Shown: piece by piece, positions 23,901 to 35,900 of the stretch
Position numbering within the stretch: position 1 is the first letter of the stretch
Layout: the number at the start of each line of letters is the position of its first letter
Assembly (NCBI GenBank): GCA_002633005.1
Contig: NMRA01001095.1
Location: 1 to 57,309, forward strand
Length of the DNA stretch: 57,309 bases
Direction of reading: 5' to 3'
Origin: Phoronis australis
Lineage: Eukaryota > Animalia > Phoronida
Made by a program: the position numbers and the translations under genes
Notes under the pieces: model-generated
Told to the model about the DNA's origin: nothing
Seen by the model: the letters and a program-made list of their open reading frames with translations, nothing else
Databases searched by the model: none

Positions 23901-26900
23901 GCTCAAAGTGAGTATTTTCTCTAAACTACGGTCTATTGCATGCAATTTGCGGCAAATGTTTATCAGCTACCTGTCAAACTATCAACGAAAATGTAACCAA
24001 TATGTCCATCGGAGAGAATTCCTGCTTTTGTTTCCATATGCTAGCTGACCTTAAATGTATCGTTTTTGTCCTTTTACATATATGTAGGTTATTATTGGCA
24101 TTGTTAGTTATATGTTGGTTGTTCTCATCGTCGTCGTCGTCGTTGTTGAAGTTCATTCTCTTACCAGAGGTGGGTCTAATCCCAAGGGAAGTGATGCTTA
24201 GTGCGTAGTACTTGGTAAAGTCAAATATACTTAATTCATTACTTATTTGTTGTAATCTCGGCCACTGGCTCTCATTGTAGACTTTAAATCGACTGTGCCT
24301 GGCTGCAGACGCCGAGGAGTATGCCGCTGGGAAACTGAAAGAAAACTCTCCCAAGAATAGAGATCCAAACATTCTGCCGCGTGAGTTTAAAGTTTTCGAT
24401 AGCTTTTTAGCTACGTCGCGAGGAAATTTAGCATTTTGAAGTGAAAAATAAAACTCAAAACTGGTTTTGTTGATTTAGTTAAGCCCACCTCATAACTTTA
24501 TATGTGAACATCGATCATCAACCCCGTTATACCCATCATTACCTTTAAAGGGTGACATGGCTAAGTTGTACAAATTATGGTTCTCACTAATATTGTTACT
24601 CTCGCTCTGAATACGTTCATGAGAGAAAATAAAATCGGTATTCCACCCTGAAACAACCGGCAAGCTTTCATTATCTAGCGATGTTTCTTACTTTGTTCTT
24701 AGTTGAAGCCCAAATAATGCCATATTTGTATTACCCAAGGTTTTGGTCAGTAATTGTGTGGAGCTTTTTGCTGTCAGCTAAGAATACTTTTTAATACCGC
24801 GTTCTGTACATCATTTCAGTTGGACGATCTCGTCCCTACTTGATGACGGCGGCCGATGATGGAGGAAATGACTACATAAATGCAGTCTTCGTGAACGTGA
24901 GTGAAGTTAATCCTGCTAAGCCACATTCCCGTCAAGAGTTTAAGGTTAAAAATGATTTTTGGGCTTGGACATAACACTTCGTCATTGCTGGAGAATTGAT
25001 CCTACAGCATGACATGTCACAGAGGATCATTTTGTGAGTCTATTTATGTCTATAATATTTGCCTGTTACATCCCACTGGCAAGCCCAGAATTCCTTTTCA
25101 CCAAAGCAAGGACCAAGTTGAACAGAAATTGACAATGGCATTAGCAATGGTATTCATTAGAGTAGATAAATTTGATGTAGTTGCAAGTAGTGCATTTCAT
25201 AAATTCACGTTTTGGTTACAGCTTCATTTTTATCATTTACTGGTTCTTCATGCAAGCAAGACCCGATTTTTATTAGGTGTAATCTTAAGTTCAACACTTT
25301 CATGGTTAAGGGAATATTGTTAATGTGTGCGCTGCTCGCCAGGTGACAGCATCTCTCAGTGTGTTTGGTGTGGGATAGCTACGAGTTATAAATATGGTTG
25401 ATTGCTAAGTGCACGTTGCTTGTCTGGTACAAATCAACTTGGTGGCAGCGGTAGGATCTTAAAATGGCTAAAACAAAGCCACCGAAACTCGACCCAACAA
25501 TCACTGACGACAAAGCAGAGGTCATTGAGCTGTGGCTAGGACTTTTCAATGACTTTTGTACTTTGCAAGACTGACGAGATCTCTCAAAAGAGGGTTATGA
25601 ACAGTGGAACCCGGCAAACTAGGCGTTCGAAATTAGTGCCTTCCGCCTAGCCCTCCCTATCGAGGTTCTAAAAATTATGAAAAAATTATGAAAAGTGCTA
25701 TTGTCCCAACGATGACGACCTCTGCGCCCACGACGGGCAAAAATGACACCTACATTGGGTAGCCCTGGACTTGGCAGCAGAAGCTCCTGGCTCATTACTC
25801 TGGACAAGACACAATTTTGGCCGACAGAATGAAATTTGTCGAACAGTGTCGGCAACGACCAGAAGAATCCATTCACGATTTCGAGGCCCGGTGTAAACAT
25901 CTGGGGGCCAAGTGCAAATACAACGACATGGCACACCCTGAGCGAGAGCTAATCAGAGATCCGTTTATCATCGGTCTCCATGATGATCACTTGCGTGCTC
26001 AACTCTTGCGTCACTGTAAGGATGGTGGAACTGTGTACACACTCGATGACGTTGTTGCCAAGGCTAAGGCATGGGGAAGGGCAGACCTCGTAAACACCTG
26101 CGTTATGGAATCCCACAACACTGATGAGCATGTCAATTACACTGCAGCTAAACAGAAATCCAAAATCAGCGCAACCTGCTGCTATACAGTGTAATTATTC
26201 TGGGGCACTTGAACGCCATAACCGTAAAACCTGCCCGGCAGCAAAACCAGGAGTTTTCTGCAAACACTGTTATGGGCCGAAACACTTTACAGTTGTATGT
26301 CGTAGTACCAAAGACAAGTGGAAATCGCAGTACATAGCTATGACAGAGGTTGAACCTAGTGCATGCTGTAAATGACAATGATGCTGACTTTAATAGTGAC
26401 TACATCAATGTCTCTCTATTCATGGTCAACGACCAGTCAAAGAACGATACTCCTGCGAAGTTATCCACTGATTTGAACTTGTCTGTGACAGGAGACACGT
26501 TTTGTGCTCTTCCCTGTCATCTTGATTCTGCGGCAACTCAAAATACGTTGCCAGTTCACTTGTACTTAAAATTGGGTACGCTTGACTGTATGGCTCCGTC
26601 TAACACAAACTTAACCTCGTATGGTGGGGGAAAAATCCAACTCTGGGCAAAATCAGTCTTGTGTGCGATAACGATTCGAACAAGTACTTCCCCATTGACT
26701 TTGAGGTAGTTGATCTTCGTGGTGCTACAGTCAGGGCTGCCCTATTATGTAGCAAAACTGTACTTGTTATGCAATTGATGAACTATGATCAAACTCGTGT
26801 TTATGGGTGTTCATACCAGATTTCTGAAACTTCACTAGACCCCAGCAGTAGCCCATTAACTAAAGATTCGGTTTTTTCTCACGTCTCAGATGTTTTAATT

Positions 26901-29900
26901 GGAGTGGTTTAGGTAATATTGGTAAGCCAGTGTTGTTCACCATGGACCCCACTGTAACACCTAGTCATACACTTATTCACCGCCTCCCTGTTTCAAAGGG
27001 GGATCGTGTTAAGGCTAAGCTTGGTGAAATGGTAGCTTCAGGAAAGCTGATAAAAGTAGATGAACCCACTGACTGGTGTTCTTACATGCACGTACTGGAA
27101 AAACAGACACTCCATGGTGAACACAAGATACGCCTTTGCCTTGATCCTAGAATGACTGTTAACAATGGCAGTGTCATTCCCAAGTACATAATTCCTGCTA
27201 TTGAAGAGCTTCTGCCCCGCCTGAGCTAGAAAAAAACACAAATATTTTACAATAGTTGACGCACTTGATGGGTTTACCCAGGTTCGTTTGGATTACAACT
27301 CGATCCTAACCAATACCATGCGCACCCCATGCGGACGTTATCGCTGGAATCGTCTGCCCTGTGGGATATCTTCCGCTCCAGAAGAGTTTCAGAAACGGAT
27401 TCATGAGGCTTTAGAGGGTTTACACGGCATCTCTTGTATTTCTGACGACATCTTGGTTTTTGGAACAGGTGATACTCATCGGGAGGCTGAGCTTTGTCAT
27501 GACAGTAATGTGCACTATCACTTTAGGGTTGTCCTTGGCAAAAAACGACGCATGTTTGAAGATCTGGAATTATTACATGTGCGTTTGCGTTGAATTCATG
27601 ACTTTTACTGTTGTATCAGTATTATACGATCGGACAGTTGTTCACCAGTCTTGATTCCGACAACTTGACCACAACAAACGCAATATTGCAGACAACACAA
27701 TGTGTTTAGCAATCGAGTCCCCCATTTGACCACAGATGCTTGCTACGAACCTGACCACCGGGCTTATGTGGTGATTTTGTTAGTTTGTTTGTCAACTGTC
27801 AATACCTTGCTGGTATTATTTCAAGTTCATATTGAGTTGACGAATATTTCTTTTGATTCCAAACACTGGGGTCTGTACCGTCGATTTCGATCCATTTGAA
27901 ATTGTGGGTGAAGGTTTCAGAAAGGTATCTCGATTTTGTTACCGGAAGGTCATGTCGCTCTGAGTTTTGATAGATATGTACGTTTTCAGGGATATAATCA
28001 ACGCGATGCATTCATCGTCACACAGAGTCCGTTACCCAACACTGTTTGTGATTTTTGGAGAATGGTTCACGATCACGACTGTCATGTGATCGTCATGTTG
28101 GATGACGCGAACCAAAATGATGACGTAAGTTTCCCACGTGCTCTCCCCTATCTGTTGTCGATTTAGTATGCTCGTCGTTGTCTTCTCAGTAAGATTTCCT
28201 TTTCTTTAACCCTTTACTGATTTTCCAAAGTAATATTACTAGACACTTGACTTTCAACAGAAGGTGCGAATGTAGACAAGTCGCCGTGTTGTTATCTCCA
28301 TAAACTGAGGTCTGAATTCTCGTCACTAGGTCGGGAGTGTTCGTGGGTATTCAGTTGAGTGTGTATTTGAATTCCGCATACTATCATCAGTGGGTCAAGC
28401 TAATTCGAAGTTTTTGGTTAAGTCACTGATAATTTTTTCACCATTACACTTATAACTGTTTACCTTATATGTACCATTTTGATTATTATTGACGGCGAAG
28501 GGCGTTCAACTTTAAATTAACCCTTGAGTCTATAGGAATCGAAGGCATACAATTTAAAAGTAAGGAGACCAACGCAACTATTTTCGGAATAATCAAGCTT
28601 AGCAGTAATCAAACACCTGCATTATTTTTACGAAACGTTTCACAGTGTAAGAAAGGTTTAGCACTTAATATTAATTTGTTTCACTGTATTGTGGGTGGTT
28701 TCAAATTGAAAGGAGTCATCACAAATTAAGTGTATGAGAATTTTCTGTTGCATTGGGAAAAATTAGTCGACCGGTAGTGCGAGATAAGGCGACGGGTAAT
28801 AGGGATCGCTTTAAGTTGCTTGCGAGCGGCGACCCTTGATATTGGCCACATTTGTTCAGAGATATGTTTCATCTTTCCTTTTTATTTGAACATCTTTGAA
28901 CTTGTGGTAACTTTGGGCTACTAAAATCTTCCTTGAGCTTGGAGTGAGACAGGCCGAGTGCGTGAAGCCCTGACCTAGTTTATGCAGAGAACCTGGAGAA
29001 TGACCTAGTTTACGTATTTCCGGTAATGGGCAGGACGAACGAAACAAGATGTGGCAAATGCAGTAACAAAACTGAAAACCGACTACTGCGAGCGGCACAC
29101 TGCGTGGCTCCTGCTTTCTTTAACGTAATAATTGTCCTCAGTTGCGTAGTTCATTTGTTGAGTGCACAAATTGGTCTCCAAGGTTCTTCATGTCTTGATT
29201 TTGCTACACTCAATCTCACTCTAGGCAAACTCATTGAGACCCTGGAAAATATGACTTCTGCTACTGGTAACCCACTGTTTTAGACTTGTCCTCAATACTG
29301 GCCGGATGAAGAGTCTGTGCGCTTTGGACGGTATGAAGTGGAATGCGTTGGGTCGAGGTATCACCACGGCGAGGTTATCAAGCAGCGAACTCTGGTTTTG
29401 ACTGACACAAGGAGGGTAATTGTATTGGTTATTTTGCATAGTTCATGTTGTCTTGACCAATCTGCGATCTCAATGGTATCCTACATTTGATTGCAGACGT
29501 TAGTCGCATGGTGCGCCAACCAAATTGTACATAAATATTATGCGCTGTTGAAGTAATGAATGTATTTTCACAACTAGATCACCATGAACAGTAGATCTTA
29601 TGTTTATGATAATGGGGAATACGTATGCCGTCTTGCATGTTTCTTGCAGCCGAACAGCAAAGGTCGGGAAATCACACATTTCCAAGTAAGACACTGGCCA
29701 AACAAACTGGCTGTGCTACCAGTGAACTTACAAAGTGCGCTTATTGAACTTATAGAAGTTGTGGAGCTGGCGCAGCAACAAACTGGGAAGAACGCGGCTG
29801 TAATACATTGTTTGTGAGTAAATGTAGCAAGTTCTATGTTTACAAACGAATCATGTTAAATGTAGGAATGACTGCACTTGAATGACTGCCTCGGTTCCGC

Positions 29901-32900
29901 CTTATCAACTGGTAAAGACACATACTTGGTGCTTTAAACTCATCAGGTGTTTTACTGGGGTAAGACAATAAAGTACAGCTGTCGTGTTAATGTCTCGTTT
30001 GTCGCTTTACCATTAGCGAAACTACAGTGCCATCGGAGTTTCCAGTATTTCTACAGGTTGGCTTAACGTCATATGACCTAGATTTATTCGCACCCTCTAT
30101 TGAATTCCTGTGTTGCATGTCGCCACCTGTGGAGACTTTTCCCATCGGAAAAGAATTAACCTCTTTGCTTTAGAATCCAATTATTTTGAGAGGAATTTTA
30201 GGATGGCTGTTTAAAAGAGAAGGTAACCTTTGTTCATGTCATTTTTAGTAAAATTACGAATTGTTGACTATCTTAAACATGTTTTTCAGTTAGTTATGAC
30301 GAACCGTAATTCTATGAATTAGTCGTGCCCTACTCTGGAAGTGACGTTTAGGGGGTTAAAAATTTCATGCCATTGTGTTTGCGTGTGAGCTTTGGAGTCG
30401 GCCATTGCTTTACCTCGGCTGTGATAAGTTCGGTCAGCGTTTGGTTTTGTTTACGAGGTAGTCGACATGCCACAACGTTGCTGTGTGCCGTGCTGTACTC
30501 ATTATCGTCTCACTCACACTCTGAGTATGCCATTATATTTTAACGCTTTCTTAAAGATGACACACTCCGCCGTACGTGGTTCGTTCGTGTGAGGAACGCA
30601 ACGTTACCCGCCCAGGCAACGTACAAAGCAGTGGAGAATTACCGAGTGCGTGGCAAGTGTTCTCTGCAGTGGGGTTACGAAAGAGATACATGTATGTACG
30701 CGGAATTTATGAAGGTTATTGCAAAACAACGCCTGAACAAGGGTGCCATACCATCAATGTTTAATCGCAGTTGTGCCTCCTCCGCGAAGTGCATTTTTGA
30801 AGAGGGAAGCCTCACGAGCTGTGGCCTCCACAGTTACTGGAAGCCCTTCATCTACTGTCACCCGTGCCTCCGAAGGTACCCCCCAGCGCGTGCAATGCCG
30901 GGAAACTAGCAGTGATTCGCCATGTTCTGGTGTTGTCTCCAGTCCAGAGGCTGTAAGCAGCCTTGTAGCGACTTTTAGTTGTTGGAGTGAATACAGGCCC
31001 AGTTCGACACCCATTTAGGAGGACAGATCGTCGTCCAGTGAACTGGCCGGTGAACCAAACTTTGCGAAGTTTATTGTTGACTTGACTAATGTATTTAGAA
31101 GCTGCCAGATGTGTGGTTAGGGAGTCTCACGGTCGGATGTAAGCGGTTTGGGTGCCCAGGTCACCATCCAGTGGGAACAGCGTAGGCATTTAAATGAGGT
31201 CGGCATAACAGTGCACACAGTGCAGTTGAACTAAGACGTCCCACTACGTTTGTCCTCTCTATCAGCCGATTTCATAAAGGTGGTTTAAAGTTAAACCTGG
31301 TGTAAACTGGACATAGACCAGGTTTAAAGATAATCTGCATTTCATAAAGGTGGTTTAACTTTTAGACCAGTGGTCTAGTAAAACCTGGTTTAACTCCAGT
31401 TTAGACCTGGTCTAAATCAGTTTTCATTTCACCAACTAGGTCTATATTCTTTAGACCTTTATTAAGATCTTAAACCATGTTTAACTTTAGACTTGGTCAG
31501 ACCCAGGTTTAACTGTCAAATATGTCAGACTTGCATGGTATAGGTACAACTGAATGATCCCGCGGAGTGCATTTGCGACGCATTTTTAGAGCGAAAATGG
31601 ACTATTTTCAATATTCAATTTTACTATGACACAAGATCAAGCGTAGCAGGGGCGGATTCAGGGTTTTTTAAAGGGGGAGGGGATGGTCAAGGACTTTTTG
31701 AAAGGGGGGGCCAATTCAACAATTTGAAAATTATATATTTGATATCACTAAAATCAAGGGAAAAAAGGGGACTCCGGACCCCTTGACCCCGTGGATCCGC
31801 CTATGCGTAGACCAGTACTTGCTGGAGTGTGTCCTGTGGATTTCTCAGAATACGACTGGTGGAGCAGGGCGTCATAGTCGTAAGCGCCACAGATTTGACT
31901 AAAGACAGCATCTTCTGATTCCTCTGACTGAGTTCCACCCCCACTGTTCTCCGATATAATATTGCCAGGAAGGGGTCTCCCCCCCTTTGGCCGCGGAAAA
32001 GAAACACTAAAATGACAAGGAAATAAATTTGGGCATTAAACATGTTACATCTAATCGGGAGCATGTTCTTTAATGTGTGTGTGTTGAGCACAGAAATTAC
32101 AGTTTTCCTCATGAGAAAAGCTTTTAGATGTTTTTCGTAAATGTCTGCACTGATTCTACTAGTGTATGCCATTGTATACCCACGTGATCAAGGTTTCATT
32201 GAAGCACTTCAATAGTTTCTTTGTTGGGTTTACCGAGCTAGACACAGTGGGGTGCCTTTGATACTTTGAACCTGGTTTTACTGAACCAGCTCCCTGGTCT
32301 AGCAAAACCAGGCTTTCAGACTCTTAAACCATGTGGGTGAAATGCAAGTCAGTTCTAAAATTAGACCAGGGCCCGGTCTCCAATCTCCGTACTCACACTC
32401 ATACTCATACTCGAGATTTCATACTCAAAATCGTGCTCACTGGAGTCGTACTCAAAAAAGCGTATCCAATGTCGTATTTCGAGTAGACTCCAAACGTACT
32501 CAAATCTGACACTCATACTCGAGTTGCTATGGAACTCTTTATAATGTGAAATGCAAAATCACGCAAAGCCGCGCTGATTCATCGCTCCCNGACATTGAAT
32601 ACACCAAAGCTGAGTCTGTACTCGAGTTGAGTATGAAGTGTGAGTTTGAGCATGATTCGAGTCTGAGTACGGAGATTGGAGACCGGGCCCTGGTTTAGGA
32701 AGACCAGGTTTAAGTCTTAAACCTGGTTTTGTTAAACCACCTTTATGAAATCGGCTGATGTGTTTCATCCCTCTCAACAACAGCCTGTGCGTATTCGGCT
32801 TTACTATACTCAGGCTCAAGCATATATCCATCCACTCACTTCGTGAAAAAATTCCTCATCACCACTGCTATGAACAATGTCTCTGTCACTCACGTCACTG

Positions 32901-35900
32901 TGTCAGTGCTTTGAGTCGTCGATTCCAGTTATTTTCAAGCTACTACAAACTAAGCGTTCCCTAAGTCCAACGTAACTGAGTCCTCTAACGGCATGGCTTG
33001 TCGTAGAATACATGTACTCGTTGATGGAAAGTGGTGACAACCATTTTAGGAAAGCAATTCGGAAATAACAGTAGAACAGATACTCACAGTAAACTCAACG
33101 TAGAAGCAAAATGGCGGGGAAATTCATAACCCCCTGAACGTCACTTCCGGAGTAAGGCACGACTAATTAATAAAATTACGGGAAGCCTTAATAAATTGAA
33201 AATTTTGTCTGGGATAATCAACGAACCGTAGTGTTACTAAAATGACATGAAAAGTTTGACTTCGCCTTTAAGGTTATTTCAAACCTTATTCACAAAAAAT
33301 GACCATTTTTACAATATTTAAGATGTGTCTAGAAACATACCTTATCTTCATTCTCGGGGAACTTCGAATACAAAATATATATTGCGTAGCGAGAAAAACA
33401 AAAGATTTAACAGAACCACCTGGGAACCCCACAGCCGCGTGGCTATTTGTTTACTACTTATCCGATGTCAAAGGCTAAAGGGCTTTCAATCAAATTGAAT
33501 CTCCCGCCAACTACAGAACAGCTTAGTATACCCTCAGTCTTTTCATTCAAGAAATTGCCATAACATTGAGTCAACGAGGTGTACTTATGGTAGAATGGTG
33601 CCGGGGAAAACAAAGACAAAACGTAGTTTTGATCCTAAGGGTGTTGTTCGTCTACATGCATACGACCGTTGGCGTTGAGAACGAACGCTATTGTCGCCTC
33701 AGGCCTCTGTGGTCATGAACACTTCAAGTTGTGAAAAGAGACAAATCCTCACCTTATTTCCGTCATTCAATTAATAAATTGACTTTCAATGTTTCGATCT
33801 CATGGTAACGACATGCTTTACCCACGGATTCGATTTTTGTTATTCATTTCTTTCTTTATGGTTTCGTATCAGTGACGTGTACAGGCTAATTGTACATGTA
33901 TAATCAGTGATCTATATACATGTACATAGAGGTGACACGACTAGATTCGCAAGCCAGACAGCGCGTGACACGCAGTCCGCCATATTGATTATGAACGATA
34001 TGTAAAAACAACAGTACTCTGCGCTTGTACGAGCAGAGTAAAAAACACGGTGGCTTTATGGAAGCCTGGGAAATTTCAGAATAAAAATTGAAATTTTAAA
34101 TGGTAACGAGGTTTTAAAATATTGGTAACATAAAACAATGTAAACGTGTGACAAGCACATTTCGTAAACGATCATATAAGCCATTGCAAAGACAAAATCC
34201 CTAATGCTTTGGCTGAAATTCTCACGGAGTGCTGCTAGAGCCTGGGAGGTTTTGTCGGCTCAGTCGAAAAGCCAATCAATGAAATGTATAAAGTGTAGAA
34301 AATGGTATTACATAGGCGGATTTAGGGAGGGGCTGGTTTACTAATTAACTTCGGTAATCACCTTACTGCCGGGGAGATCTGAATTGCATTGCAAGTGTCC
34401 GATCGAGGCCGCCCGTCTGTTTTATTTTAGTTCTGTTTTTTACTAGAAGGTTCACATCCACGAAAATCCGACGTTTCGACGTGCGCGCATCCAATCGTGC
34501 TTTGTGCGTTTGACCGAGACAAATTGTTGTCTCTTCCCCTTATGATATCCTAGATCCGTCACTGTTTTACACAGTGACCTGTTTCGTTGTTATAATTGTA
34601 TAGTACCTATTTTCCAGTCGTTTACAAACCGACAAGACCCTCAGCTGTCAAGGGGCCGCTCTCCGGCGCAACAATACATCACTGCATTCCCAAAGTTTTT
34701 AGTGTGGGTCTAAAATTTTCTTGACCCGACGCCACTTGATTTATTTTATAAAACATTTGAGGCATGTGTTCGTGTGAAACACTTGAACACTGTGTAGAAC
34801 AAAAATAATAGAAACCCATGGAAATCGATGAGCATACAAACAGCAGTATGTGTGCATGTAAAGTCGTGTCATTGACCAATGTAATCCTACGTGTTTGTGT
34901 ACATGTGCATATTCGGGATTGTGGGCATAGGCCGGTTTGAATGAAAGTTGGGGGCAAAATTTTTCAAAATGATAGAGTTGTGGAAACTGATATGTTAACA
35001 TTAAGTACTTCAATGAAAAAAGAAGAAGTCACGACACCACAACCACCCTGTAGACCTACTGGTTGGTAAGACACGCACATATACATCAGTTAGCCGTGTG
35101 TGCCTGTGAACACTACAGTGACTGTTTGGGCAGCCGAAGCCGAGGTCGAAGTATGCATTTGCCCAGACTTAATTTCCCGAAAGGTGATTGAAAATGTCTA
35201 CTTCAGGCTTTACCAAGGAATAATAATTATATTACAATGCAGACTTTTATCAGGAAGTAAAACGCATGTAAGGCGTGCTGAGGTGTCTCAAAGAAAATAA
35301 CTTCAGTGATAGACTACTTTTCTTTAACTATCTAGTATTACTTGTCCCAGTACCTAATTTATATTAGCATGGTGAACTGTACAGTTTGAAAACTACATGG
35401 TCTCAGTTAAAACAGTTGCGTCATAGACTCTGTTGTAAAACCACACGCTGCGGATCCAGAGTTTTAATAAAAACAATTTATCTTGACCAATACTAATTTT
35501 TACACCAATCAATGTACCCCTTTTATTCGACCATGACGTGTGGAATAGCAGATTTTTTTTCTTTCACTAACAAACTAACTTCCACTGATTGGCGATCCAG
35601 AACGAGAAGGGCAACAAAATGCTGACACAGATTAAACAACACATTGAGATACTGTAACCATTTCAGACTTGAAAGTTTTCATTTATTTCACAATATATTT
35701 ATTTCAAAATATCACCATCACGCAGTAAAATCACACCGTGACAGTAAAAGGGAAATGTCTAGCAGTTACAAAGTTACTGTACCGTACTGTTACCACACAT
35801 GCACTCTACTTCAGCAACTCTAGTTTAATCCCTCAATTCAGTTGGATCCGAAATTTACATTTGTATTGACAACACTCCGCCAGAAAATAAATATGACAAA

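Larger units (their letters stand above)
31263..32757. mobile_element. Harbinger-like non-autonomous element nested in the Kolobok element
   Basis: Perfect 26-bp TIR CAGCCGATTTCATAAAGGTGGTTTAA; AT on both flanks; many subterminal ARACCWGGTYT palindromes. Confidence 0.8.
31170..32832 (-). pseudogene. KolX-like (P2X7 C-terminal-like Cys cluster) 5' remnant split by a MITE
   Basis: Removing 31263-32757 plus one AT gives the in-frame sequence [52 protein letters not shown]. Confidence 0.7.
30215..33267 (+). mobile_element. Kolobok-type DNA transposon, internally deleted, with nested insertions
   Basis: TTAA at 30211-30214 and 33268-33271; about 150-bp imperfect TIRs (e.g. AATTAGTCGTGCCYTACTCYGGAAGTGACGTTYAGGGGGTTA); convergent THAP and KolX-like remnants. 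Confidence 0.85.
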
